Assembly (NCBI GenBank): GCA_050230475.1
Contig: JBFLGF010000205.1
Coordinates: forward strand, 1-62,910
DNA from: Ancylonema sp.
Lineage: Eukaryota
Length of the DNA stretch: 62,910 bases
Direction of reading: 5' to 3'
The notes beneath the pieces are model-generated. The model saw only the letters and a list, made by a program, of their open reading frames with translations, ran no database searches and had not been told where the DNA came from. The translations under genes were made by a program, and so were the position numbers. This document shows positions 13,077-25,800 of the stretch, in pieces (positions within the stretch are counted from its first letter, which is position 1; every line of letters starts with the position of its first letter).

Positions 13077-13604
13077 CATGCGAGGATAAGTAATGACCAG
13101 GTTGTGCTTGAAATATTTTGATTGCCATAATTTGCCTTGGGGTTATCCGGATGTGAGTTGTGAAATCTCATACAAGTAAACACAAATACCAACACACAAA
13201 TGGATTTTTCAAGAACTCACTTTTTTAAACATACAACTTTCGCATTATATGCGAATCTTTACGTAATTAAAATAAGTACGAATTATTAGTATTTATATTA
13301 ATATGATCCCGTAAGTTTCACACCATAACGACATTCAATAGGACTCATGTAAATATGAGCGTCATAATATGGAGGGTCGTATAACAAATACCGGGGAGCT
13401 TTCCCTTTGATAAAGACGGAGTTTTCATCCGATGCGGCTCCTTCATGATTCTTTCACTCTTCAGTTAAAAAAAAACGAAAACAATCCATGTTTTTTTTTC
13501 TTTTTCCCTTTATTTCTTTTCAACTACAGAAAATGTCCTCACATCATTATCGAGAAGGCGTTATAGCGAGGGCCTTCTGTATGACTGTTTTAGCAAACGA
13601 GATA

Positions 13605-14147
13605 CTGTAAACCCTTGATATAGTGACACTCGATATAGTGACAATCACGATATAGTGACATTTTTTCTGCCCTTTTTCTAATCCTATATAAAAATCTACT
13701 CCATATAGTGACAATCGCTATAGAGACACACGTTACACTGACCAAACTTTCCCATATTTTAGTATTGAGATGTCACTATAGAGTGAACCCTGTCTAAATT
13801 AACGTTGTGAAAATTAATAACCTCCCAAATATAATAGAAAAAAAAATAACAACAAATTTACAACGTGTGTGAATTAATATTTTATACCTGTCATTCAATT
13901 ATTAATTCAAAGAGGTTTTAATGTAGCGAGTGGATATTAGAACAAACGCCATACAGATGACCTACCTTCTTCATTAAAAACCTCTGCGCACCCGATCTGG
14001 TTGCTCAAAACAACCTAAACTTCACTTTCATCCGATATAGTGACATTGGCTCAATGTCGCCTCATCTTAAGAAACACCCCTGGCATTCGATACAGTGACA
14101 TTATTTTCCACCGTCTATAAAACTGTCACTATATCAAGGGTTTACTC
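13605..14147. mobile_element. Tc1/mariner (pogo-like) MITE
   Basis: TA-flanked; TIR CTGTAAACCCTTGATATAGTGACA vs TGTCACTATATCAAGGGTTTACTC; repeated GATATAGTGACA motifs; shares internal sequence (TGCCCTTTTTCTAATCCTATATAAAA) with the 45-46 kb and 62 kb copies. Confidence 0.82.
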
Positions 14148-14466
14148 TAGTCACAATAACGAGAGCCGTCATATCGAGAGGGCACATAGCGAACGGTCCT
14201 GCGAAAATACCTCTGACGTGTCCAGTAAACGAAGTGAGTGCCACACCGTGAGATGCCCCATCGTCCAACACTGCGTTGGCTTGAAGGAAGAGCAGAACGC
14301 AAGAGGCAGTAGGCCAAGAGCTTCGGTCTGCACTCGCAGCTGAGATAAATGTCTGCGTTATCTGGTTGGGGGCAGCGGAGTCCATGAAGAGGAGGTCTGT
14401 GTAATGTGTACAGTCGCCATGCAGAGGCACTTGGACAAGGTCCTATAGGTCCTTCGCAGTTGAATT

Positions 14467-17400
14467 ATGACGTCTTCTCCGTGCGTTGCAAATTTCCGTC
14501 TTTATCCCCTTGACGCTGCAATCGGTTGTCAGCTGATTTCTGTTAATCAACGAAGGAGGTCCAGGGTAGAAGCAAAAGCTGATTGCATATCTCACTTCTG
14601 GGGCACGAGGAAAATCCTGTGTCACCAGCTTACGAGTGCCGCTCAATTGGCGGCACCGAAATCTGCAAAGAAATGTTATCACGGGATTCGAGCGAGTATC
14701 CAAGGAGATGTACCCCTCGACATACTGACAAAAGGCTTTCAAGCGGATTCGATACAGCAACTGGTAGAATTTGGAGAAGACAAGCTAACTGCAGCTGGCG
14801 AAGAGCTGGATAAAGATTTTCCCGAACTCAGTTTCCCTGCGGATTTGCTGAAAGGTGCGCCAAAAGCCATAGATAATTTCTTCGACCTGCCTTCTACCGT
14901 AAGAAACGAACGGATTGGTCTATTCGTCGGCAGCTGGATATACTTAACTGCGAGACCGGGAGTGCTGGCCGCAGCCGTAGACGCTTATGTCGCACTGCCG
15001 TTTCAATCCGTGTTAGATTTTTTGAGGGGAAGAAAAAGTCTGAAGCGCACAGATTTCATTCTGGGAAAGCGGATTGGCGAAGGCAACTTTGGGACCGTTT
15101 TTGAGGTATGGTTTCCCGATCGAATATTCGAAAGAACAAGTCGCTTCCACATATCCACAGTATCTGAGGTATAACGTCCCTGCATGCACTTAAATATTTC
15201 TGCTGTAAAACCATAAATTGCATTCATACATCAATAGAGGACAGGTCACATTCCTCCCTCTTGCATCTTATCTGCCTGGACACCAATTTGCGCCATTTGC
15301 GCCATTTGTCGCCCTTTGCGCCATTGCGCCATGAGCGCAGGGCGCTGTTCGTAAGGGATCCAATGTGGAGGAGGAGGTCTTCGGTAGAAGGTCCAAGAAG
15401 CTGGAGGAGATTGAGGGAGCTGAGAAGCTGAAGAGAGTGGTGATGAAAAAAGTGAGACTCAAGTTCAAAAGTGGTATCATATTATTCTAATATGGTTCTT
15501 ATTTGTGGCTTATATTATGATTGTTTGTCACAAGAATCACGTTCAAACCTGTCTGGAGGCACCCTCTGTATACCGGCACATCATATATAGAGGCACCAAC
15601 ATTAGGTGAACGTCAATTAAGGTCTTTGAGATTCCAACCCATTGAATTCTCTTCTCTATAAAGACACCTCTATGAACGCACCAATAACCACAAAAGTATG
15701 CCTTTGAAGGGGTTTGTAGTGAGTCAGTCTCGTGTCTAACCTCAACAACCTTCCCTCATGCACAAGCATAGATCTGTATTGGTATATGTGTACGTAAATC
15801 CATATATCACTTACGTACTGATAAACATATATAAACAATTATTTGTAAAAAAATGCAGATCTACAGGCATAGCATCCCTACACTGACACGTGGATGTATA
15901 CTTAGCATACAATGCATACCTGCACATGTACATGTACATATACACATGTATAGTCCAACACATGTATGCACATAAAAATACAGTAATATACATGTACAAG
16001 TACATATAAGTATATGTATGTATGTACATATACGTTCATGCATATGTGCGTGTGTATGTTCACCTATTTTGACATGTTTGTGTGAGTGTATATAGTATGA
16101 TAAATACTTACATATGTACATATATGCTTACAAATAAAGTTTTTATTCCTCACAATTTCTACATAAATGATTTATCAATAAAAATAATTGTACAACAAAA
16201 CCTTTCTTCAAAACTTTTTTTGTACACTCGAAATTAAATTCCTAGGAAGATTTGTTTCAAAAAAAAAAAATCCGGTTTTTGCAGTTTCTTATACCGGGGT
16301 CGTACTGTATGTCCCATCTCGATTGTGGTTCCTACAACAAAATCTGTCTAAATCGATACAGAGTGAATCAATATCCTGTCTACTTTAGTTGAAAATAATC
16401 CGCTCACTTCTGATTTTAACCCTAAAATTCGCTCACTTCTGGTTTTAACCCTAAAATCCGCTCACTTCTAGTTTCAACCCTAAAATCCGCTCACTTTTGT
16501 GTTCAACCCTTGAAAAAAACCCAGAAAAACCCAAACCGACCCGCAAACTCCTTTTTTTATTTTTATGGCGTGTTCATCATCACCCTTATCCGAACCCGCA
16601 TCTCTTCCGTGTCTCAACAATATCAAGTCATACAGAATCTACGGCATTTTTTTCCCCTCTCATCAATATAAACATACCTTATGCAAGTATAAGGTTCACT
16701 GTATATTTTTCCCTGTCCCAACAACACGAATGCAGACAGATTTCACAGTACACCCAAACTTCAATATGAGAAAAGTCGTTCTAAGAAACTCTTCGCTGTA
16801 AGGGAAAAAATTTTTGGTTTTTTTCGGGTTTTAACACTCGAAATGTGATTTATTCATACTTAGAAACACTCGAACTCGCTAGAAAACATCTTTTTTTCCC
16901 CGAAACTTTTAGGTTTCTTATTTCTTATTTCGGAGGTTTCACACTATCTTCTTCCCCGTTCCTGACACCAACAATTTAGACAGATTCCATTCCCTGGTTG
17001 TTCCCCTGGTCGATCCCTGGTCTTGCCTCTGGTCAATCCCTGGTCTATTCCCTGGTCCTTCTCTGGTCTTCTCCCTGGTCCTGTCCCTAGTCCATCCCTG
17101 GTCCATCCCCTGGTCCTTTCCCTGATCCCTTCCTGATCCTCCCCTGATCCTCCCCTTATCCCTCCACAGTCCTACCCCACTCAATCCCTGCTCAATCCCT
17201 GGTCCTTCCCCTGGTCCCTTCCTGGTTCCTCCCCCCAGGTGAAGTTGGGCGTGTCTGGCGCCGAGGAGAGCGGCGCTGCCGAGGAGTGGTTCAACCTGAG
17301 GATGAGGCGGGTGGCGCCCGAGGCGTGTGCCGCGTTTCTGGGGAGCTTTGTGGCGGACGCGACCCAGGGGCAGTTTGTGGAGGGGGGGAAGTGGCTGGTG

Positions 17401-20400
17401 TGGAAATACGAGGTAAAAGGGGCGGGGTCCTCTGTGTAGGGGCACCTCTTTGAGATAGGCACGCTGTTGGTTTTTCTTTTTGGTGGCGCCGATTTGTTGG
17501 GGGGCCAGTGGAGAGGGTGGACTGTGGACTGTGGACTGTGGACTGGAAGGAGGAGTTGAGTCGAATTCGGGGGGGGGGGGGTGCATGTACGATTTTTATT
17601 TTCTCCCGGTATTCCATCTTCATGTTTGGTGTTATATGTAATCTACCAAAGAAGAAAAAAGAAAAAAAGATGAAAGAATGAAAGACAGAAAGAAAGAAAG
17701 AAAGAAAGAAAATGAGAAAGATAACAAAAACAGGGTATCTAGTGTATGGTGTGTCCATCCATCCATATCTGTTCGCACTTCTCTGAGACTGTGATTGATG
17801 TTCAATTTTTTCGTACCTCTTTCTGTTTTCCTGAGACGAGCAGTGGGGGGCATGACTGAATGACTAAATGATTGAACGATTGAATGATTGACTGACTAAA
17901 TGATTGACTGACTAAATGATTGACTGACTAAATGATTGACTGACTAAATGATTGACTGACTAAATGATTGACTGACTAAATGATGGAATGATTGAATCAC
18001 TAAATGATTGAATAACTGAAGTACTAAATAATTGCATGATTGAATTACTAAATGATTTCATAATTGAATCACTGAATGACCAAATCACCGAATGACAAAT
18101 GATGAAATAATCGAATGATTGACCCATTCAGTAACCAAAAAACGACTGAATGACCGTATGACCAAATGATTGAATGATTGAATAACCGAATGATCGAATA
18201 ATTGAATAACAACAATGATTGGATGACTGAATGACTGACCACCTCAACGACCCAAAAAATCTCCAAAAACCATCCATCCCCCCCCCCCCAGGGCGAATAC
18301 ACGATGAAAGACTTCATGTCCGACCGCTCCTTCCCCGACAACCTAGGCGACCTAGTCTTCTCCCCAGCCTACCTACGCGGAATGGACCCCCAAAAAAGGA
18401 AAGCGCTGATCATAAAACAGCTTCTCCGTCAAATGATAGTGTCCCTAAAAAAAATGCACGCCACCGGGATCGTGCACCGCGACGTGAAACCCTCCAACCT
18501 GATCGTCACCAAAAAGGGGGAGGTGAAGCTGATCGATTTCGGGGCCGCGGCGGACCTGAGGGTGGGGCGCAACTTCAGTCCTGACGTGGCGTTACTGGAC
18601 CCCGACTACTGCCCGCCCGAGCAGTTCGTTTTGCCAGAGAAAACGCCGAAACCGCCGCCCGAACCCGTGGCCGCGTTCCTTTCGCCGGTACTGTGGCAGG
18701 TGAGAGGGACAGGGAAAAGAATCACCTCTGTATGGGCACATTTTCCCGGTATAAGCACATTTTTCCCTGTATAGACACATTCTCACTGTATAAGCACATT
18801 TTCACTCTACAGACACACTTTCACTACATAGGCACATTTTTTCTGTACAGGCACATTTTCGCTGTATAGGCACATTTTCACTGTGTAGGCACATTTTTTC
18901 ATGGATAGGCACACTGTTCAGGAGGGTACTCTGGTTAAACATGCAGAGTTTCCTCCATATAGACACGTATTTCATTTGAGCACTCTGCCTAAACATGCCC
19001 TTATAGTTGCCAAATTTTCTCTGTATAGGCACACCGTTTATGAGAGCACTCTGTATGACCATGCCCTTTCTAAAGGCAGTATATGGACATACCTCTGTGG
19101 AGTCATAACTTATATGAATCGAATCTCACGTGCATGTTTATGCTTTAAGCTTTACGCTTCATGTGCATGGTTACGTTTTCTTTTCACCCTTCATTAAGGA
19201 GAATTTTGGCAGAACGGAACGGCGAGTATGAGATCGTACACTGTGTAGGCACACCCAAAAATAAGTGCACCAAAATATATGTTTTGAACAGAGAGTGTGC
19301 CTGTAGAAACTGTATGGAGTATTTATTATATAATGAAGATTTCCGTCGCATTTTGCATTTTTTGCATTTCTTTGTCACATTTTTTTTTCTGGCATAAAAA
19401 ACTTTTGCTTCAAGGAACTCTTTGGTATGGGACCTTTTTTGTCACAATGAATTTTTTTTGTTGCAAGAAAACCGTTTCCTGGTTTCCTTTTTTTTTTTTT
19501 TTTTTTTTAAAGCATCCGTAGTCGGACAAGGCGGAGTGAAAAGCATTCAGCAGATAAAGAAAAAGAAACAGAAAGGAGTGTACATTATCGCCGCCCCAAT
19601 TCAATAGAGTTCAAATTGGCAGTAGATAAGACTGGGGCTTACTTTACCCCCCCCCCCCCCTGGGGCTTGAGTGTGTCCGGATGTTATACCCGTTTAGTCA
19701 CTGAGGTATGGGCAGTAAAAAAAACTTCAAAGGCGTCAATTTTTTTTTGGGGGGGAGGCCAGACGGTTGCTGGCAGACAAAGAAGTACAGCTTCACATGA
19801 TTGGGGCAACCGAATACTGAACCGGATAAACAGATTCCAAATCGGACGTCTATGCGTCTATATCCAAATGTATCCGAATGTAATATATTCAATGCTAGAA
19901 CCTATGCAAGTGTCTCATCTAAACTGTAGCGGGCAGGGGGCGGGGGCATAAAATAAAAAAGGAAAATGAAATTTAAGGTACTTTGTTAGGAAGCAAAGAC
20001 ATGAAAACCATGTTGGTACTCCAAAATACAACTGTGAAACTCAAGTGAAGTGAATCGATCCACTGGAATACCACTTTGTGAACCAAAACATATCTGAGAT
20101 CCACACTCTGTGTACTACTTCGCGGTCAAACCCCAATAGAAGAAACCATTTGTCGCTACGAGCAACCACTTTCTCTTCTCTTGGAGGATTTTTGCAATTC
20201 AGTTACGAATCACGACATAGAAAATAAACATTCTTAGGAAGAAACAATCTCCCAAGCCTCCTCCGCTTCCTCAAATCAAGGTCTCACGTCCCCCCTTCCC
20301 CCTTCCCCCATTCCCCCCTTCCCCCCTTTCCCACACCCCCCCCTCCCCCCCCTCCCCCCCTGTCCCCCTCTCCCCCCTCGCCCCCCTTTCCCCCCTCTCC

Positions 20401-20822
20401 CCCCTCCCCCCCCCCCCTTGCCCCCTCCCCCCCTCCCCCCACCCCTCTCCCCCCCCCCCTCCCCCCCCCCCCAGCTGAACCACCCCGACCTTTTCGACAT
20501 GTACTCCATTGGCGTCATCTTCCTCCAAATGGCCTCCCCCACCCTCCGCACCCCCGTGGGAATGCAGTCTCTAAAACAGGAGCTCAAAACCGCCGACTAT
20601 AACGTGCAGGAGTGGAGGAGGACGACGAGGGCGAGACCGGATTTGGACATTTTGGACGCGGATGGGGGGAAGGGGTGGGACCTGGTGACCAAGCTGGTGC
20701 AGCCGCGGGGGGGGGGGCTGGGGTTGGGGAAGGGGAGGCTGTCGGCGGCGGAGGCCCTCAGGCATCCGTACTTTCTGTTGGGGGGGGACCGGGCGGCGTC
20801 CGTGATCTCGAAGTTCAAGTGA
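14467..20822 (+). CDS. STN8: Thylakoid serine/threonine kinase STN8; exons 14467-15105, 15341-15451, 17239-17412, 18292-18699, 20475-20822
   Basis: Transit-peptide-like N-terminus; [98 protein letters not shown] are characteristic of STN8 rather than STN7; all four introns are GT-AG, phase 0, and join in frame. Confidence 0.95.
16397..16511. repeat. 29-bp minisatellite (~4 copies) containing AACCCTAAA
   Basis: Unit AATCCGCTCACTTCTGATTTTAACCCTAA repeated head-to-tail in STN8 intron 2. Confidence 0.9.
16990..17238. repeat. Degenerate CCCTGGT(C) repeat forming the pyrimidine tract before STN8 exon 3
   Basis: Many ~12-bp spaced CCTGGTC/CCTGATC units up to the acceptor CCCCAG at 17238. Confidence 0.85.
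17852..18240. repeat. AATGATTGACTGACTA (16-bp/4-mer-derived) tandem repeat in STN8 intron 3
   Basis: Perfect 16-bp units at ~17890-17980 decaying outward. Confidence 0.9.
18725..19060. repeat. ~19-20-bp CTGTATAGGCACATTTT minisatellite in STN8 intron 4
   Basis: Roughly ten successive degenerate units right after the donor at 18700. Confidence 0.85.
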
Positions 20823-22476
20823 AAAAGGAAGCGAGGGGAGGTCTAGGTTGGAGGGTGGAGGTTTTGGGTTTTGGGTTTAAGGGTTTAGGATCACCATTTT
20901 GTACGACAGTGTAAATTTGTTGAGGCGGAGGATAGGAGGTTGATGCATCACCATTGTGACCACTAGCTTGGCTGTACAATTCCATCGTCATGCGCTTTTC
21001 AGGATTCAAATTTATATATTGAGAAGCAGTCGGTTGGTCGTTTGTTGCCAAACTCCACTAATTATTGAAATTCTATATATATTTACACTTTAGCATCATG
21101 TCCAATCTAGCATCATGTAGACAATTGAAAGTAAATATTCGAGCAATTATCATCATCAATTAGCGATCATGTAAGGATATTGAGGCTTCATTATGATGCA
21201 CAATATCAATCTCACCTGAATCTTAGGGATTCGAGTAAGATGGAGAGGGAACAACATGTGGGCTGATGACATGCTATAAATCTAAATACAACGATTGAGA
21301 GCACCGTACAAGCCATACATAATGACCTGCAAGTAGTTATCGAAAGGGCGGGTCGGGTCGAATTGAACGGTTCATTTTTTGGGGTTGGGTCACGCCATAA
21401 ATTCCGAAATCCGGCGTAGTGGGTCAACATAATAAAATGGATATTTTTCGGATTTTTGATCGATAAACATATGTGGTTGGATCCCGGTCGCCTAAGATTC
21501 AATCATGGTCCGGTAGTGGCCCAATCGGTCGTCATTGCGTTGCTTTTCGAAAATTTTGGGGGAGCAATGGGGAATTATGTCGGAGAATTTTCAGGGTGTA
21601 CATTTTTCTAACCTTTTTGCACCACGCACAGGCCAACATGATATAAAACAAACCGGATACCGGATACCGGAGTATACCGGATTTTGTAAATCAATACACC
21701 TTTCAAAATCCCGAAAGTATGGAAAAGCCGACTAACAGAAGTATGCGTGCAACTATGCAAATATCTCCACAGACTCACTTACTACTCACTACTCACTACG
21801 CACTACTCATTCTTCCTCACTACCTACTCTTCATCCTCAGGTGTGACAGTCTCTAGGGCCGCCATCTAATGCCGACAACTCCTCTATTTCTTTCACCCGA
21901 GGTTTTACGCCTACAGTCCCATACTTAGTACGCAATTCGTGCGGTAAAAAATGCGCGTTTAATTGGGGGGGTCAATGTGCTTGCCTGGTCACGGTAGGTT
22001 AATATTATATACCCGGATCATAATTCTGGGTCACGGATAGTAAAAATATTTTGCCCGGGTCAAGTTTGTAGGTCGAGGGGAGGCCATAGGGGAGGCTACA
22101 TCGTTTGCAACATACTCGATATTAGCTCCGCATTTTCCTTGCACATATTTGAGGATAGCGTCTCTTCCCTATGGGGGACATTGGGTACATTTACAAGCAT
22201 TTGAGGATAGTGCATCCATCGGGGACTCGGGTGAAAACAATATGGGGAACACAGAGCTGCGTACGCTTAGATTGTGACCACGGTGGGATGGCACTTGAGC
22301 ACACTCTACTTGGGGGGGGCTCCAAATCAAGCGGCAAACCGTTGCTCGCAAACCGTTGCTTGCGAGCCCTTTGTCTTCACTGTAATATGAGGAGCGAGGG
22401 GGGGGCAATTACGCTTAGCTCCAATAGGTTAACACCGAACCATTCGAAGGTGTAAGATTTGAGGGGTGGTGGATGG

Positions 22477-22753
22477 TGTGAGTGTTACCATCATCCATTA
22501 TGCCTTCTTTACACCAATAACTTCAATCTTCAGAATCAAACTTATTCACCACATGCCATACAAGAGAGATTAGTCTTGATTGCAAAGAGTCCGATTGAAT
22601 ATTATGGCGGCCGCAGCTTGGCCTAAATAAACATGCCTTGTCGGATGTATCATTCTAACGAATACTTGCTAAAATATATAGCAAGAAGGCATGTTGCCAC
22701 AAAATCGATATAACGAATATTCTCAATACAACAAAGTTTCTAGCCAGTTCTCA
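22477..22753 (-). repeat. 3' LTR of tandem copia
   Basis: Aligns with the other two LTRs; PPT adjacent at ~22754-22767. Confidence 0.93.
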
Positions 22754-22899
22754 CACCCCCTCCCTAGAAACTTTGGCACACCCCCTCCAAAAATCATGTC
22801 ATCGATATCCGATTTTTCACATCAAAGTTTCACCCCCCCCCAAAAAACCCCCCTCCCAATCAAAACCTGCCCCCTCCTAAACAGGAGGGTTCCCCCACC

Positions 22900-25800
22900 C
22901 CTTCCAAGCATAACTCCTAAGGAGCAGCACCAAGACCAATCATGTCACAATTTTTGAAAGACGTTAACGGGGAGTGCCTTAGTGAGCATATCAGTGCTGA
23001 AACTCACTCTTAACAAAACTACAACTTGATGACTCTTTTGGCTACCCTCTCCCGAATAGAGTGCCACTTCAACTCAATATGCTTGGATCGACGATAAAAT
23101 AATGGGTTCTCTTCCCCTCCCCCCCCTTCCATGCGTGTGGCCTCATCATTTTTATGACTGTTGTCCGAGTAGCACAAGACAGACAGCTCCCCCCCACACT
23201 GGTACAGCAGCAGCAGCACCAACTGAATTCCTTTGAGACCACCCGCGCCTTGAACTTCTCCACCTCCCCACTTCTTCACCCTGAAGACCCACTTGGATTT
23301 GAATAACTTCACCCCAGGAGGGCGAGCCACTACCCGAAAGACCTTGTTTTCCTGCACGCTGGTAGAAATCATGGCATCCTGCCAGCTATCACTTTCTGGA
23401 GATCTGATAGCGGCTTCGAAACATTCTGGCGTGCTGACCTCCTGCGCCACGTGTGTAGCGTACCCTGCCATGAATCTGACAGGGGGAATGGCAGAGTTCA
23501 CCCTGCCAGATCTGCGGGTAGGTGGGGGAGGGGCGAGGGTGCTCTCAGCTGTCCCACCCGCAGCCCCAACCCCAGCTCCAGCGGTTGCCCTTAACCCAGC
23601 CCCAGCAGCAACGTCAGCCCCGCCACCCCCTAGGGGACCAGCCCCGACTGGATTCTCACCGTCTGCATCGCTGGGATACTATTCGGGGCCGTCCTCCAGC
23701 TGCTCGTCCATGTAGCTAACCCCGCTCGAGTTGCTGACTAGGTCAAGTAGATCGTGGTCCTGACGAGAGGAAGGTCCTGACGCCCAGGTAAGAGAGTCCC
23801 CACAGCGTCAGGAACTGCCGCTTCCCCGCCCCCACCCCCATCCCCAGTTGCCCCCGCTGCAGCAGGGCCTGTGGCTGCAACTTCAGCTCCTTCCACCCCA
23901 GTTGCGTCTGCCCCTGCCTGCCAAACTCCAGCTCCGCCAGAATTCCAACCTCCACCTCCAACACCCCCTCCTTCAGCACCCCCACCTCTACCTCCAGCAC
24001 CCCCACCTCCACCTGCCTCGCCACGGCCTCCAGCTCCAGCTCCCGCAACATTCTAGCCGTCATGGCCACCTCCCCTTGCTGGTCGCGGCAAAACAAGCCA
24101 CTGACTCTCCTTCGGGATCTTCGGGAGACCCGCGACTTGGCAACGGAGGTAGGAGGCGAAGTAGGTGGCGCCCCAGAGGTCAAAAGGGAGTTTCATACCG
24201 GCTAGCATGGACAAAGCGCGGTCCAGGAGCGTTCTGGTCATGCGCTTGGTGATGCCGTTGGCTTGAGGAGTGTGCGGGGGAAAAGGCTCGTGACCCGGTC
24301 CCCGATGTCGGAGCCAGGTTGAAAGCTCCCGTCCATCCACTCCCCTCCGTCGTCATACCGCAAATTCTTGAGGGTATTGCCGGCCTTCTCGCTAGAATCG
24401 GTAAATTTACGAGGGTGCGGCCTGTCGTGCGCTTTCCCAATTTTATGCCTGTCGTGCGCTTTCCCAATTTTACAGCCCTCGTAGTTAACGAGATCTCCAT
24501 AAATTCCGCCCTCCATCCCCCTCACCAAATTAGCATTCGCCATGGCCGTAAGCACGCTCTCATTCGCGTGCCCCAGTCGAACGTGCAGGCGATCGACGTC
24601 AACATCGGCAAGCGCAACTTCCCCTTCGCACGGAATTTTTCGAATGTGAGGACTCCACGGAATTTTGCGAATGTGAGGACTGCAGATAAGGGTGTGGCGG
24701 CTTGCGAGGCTTTCCCGAATCGTCGCAATCTGCTTTCCGTCCTCGCGCAGCAGAGGGAATATTTGGCCAGGTTTCCCAACACAGATGTAGCTCCACTTGG
24801 CCTGCCGCATCCGTTGCCCACTGATGAGATTCAGGCGCATCCAAGGAATGTATAGGCAGTTGTGCAGAGTGATGCCGCCACATTCTCCATGCGTCTTCAG
24901 GTGGACAGTCCCCCACTGTTTCACCTAGACCGTACCCTGGAGTTGCCTGAGCACCAGCTCGTTCGGAATATCCTCGAGGGTCGAGAAGTGGCTGATGATG
25001 CCGTATGTGTGGTAACAGGCACCCCCATCAATCAGAAATTCAGAATTGCCGTCCAGATTCCCGACGCGGACTTCGCCAACAAAGATTTCGTCATGTCCGA
25101 GGTCCAGGTCCTCGAATTCTCCGACTAGGGCGCTTTTATGTTTTCCGGCAGCAGGTCGGCCGGGCGGCACACCATTTTTTTTTGTCGTAGGAGCACCGTG
25201 CATTGTGGCCATTTTTTTTTGTCGTAGGAGCACCGTGCATTGTGGCCAATGGCCTCGCAGTGATTGCATATATGTCCCTTGTCAAAGCAGTCTCTGCTAA
25301 TGTGACCTGAGATCCCGCACGAGTAACACGTGATGACGCCCCCGCGACCGCCGCCTGCCCCTCGACCAGATCCGCTCCCTCCCCCGCGTCCACCTCCACT
25401 GACACGGCCTCCCCCAGAGTGTCCCTCTCCGGCACCTCGGTTCCACTTCGCACAATTGGCCTCCGCGATTAGCGCTTCAACCTTGGCTGCTGATTTGTCC
25501 TGAGCATCCTCGAACTCGTTGCGACTGAGCTGCCCCTAGATCCAGCTCAAACCAGGTGGCTGAACCTGCGGGAAGTATGTCGCCTTCGGGAGTCCGTTCT
25601 CGCTCCGCGGCATCCCCGCAAAAAGCACCATGACCTTGTCCTCCTCGCTGATGACCCGACCAACCAACACCTGGTATTCCAGGGCCTCTATGATAGCCGT
25701 GAATTCATCCCTAGTGTCCCGTACACGCTTAGATTCGTCGATTCTGAACGAGTTTAGCTTTTGCTTGGCGAGTTGCCTAAGCTCGGGCGAGACTTGATCA

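Noticed and set aside
16397..16511. 29-bp repeats resembling a CRISPR array
   Set aside because: Units are contiguous with no unique spacers, in a eukaryotic intron with no cas genes.
21330..21757. hAT-like right end GTGCAACTATG and GGGTCGGGTC motif region similar to 35815-35950
   Set aside because: No matching left end or TSD found; recorded only as a probable remnant.
23293..24855. Plus-strand ORFs over the tandem copia (and similar antisense ORFs over the second copia)
   Set aside because: Antisense shadows of GC-rich gag-pol sequence with no independent coding signal.
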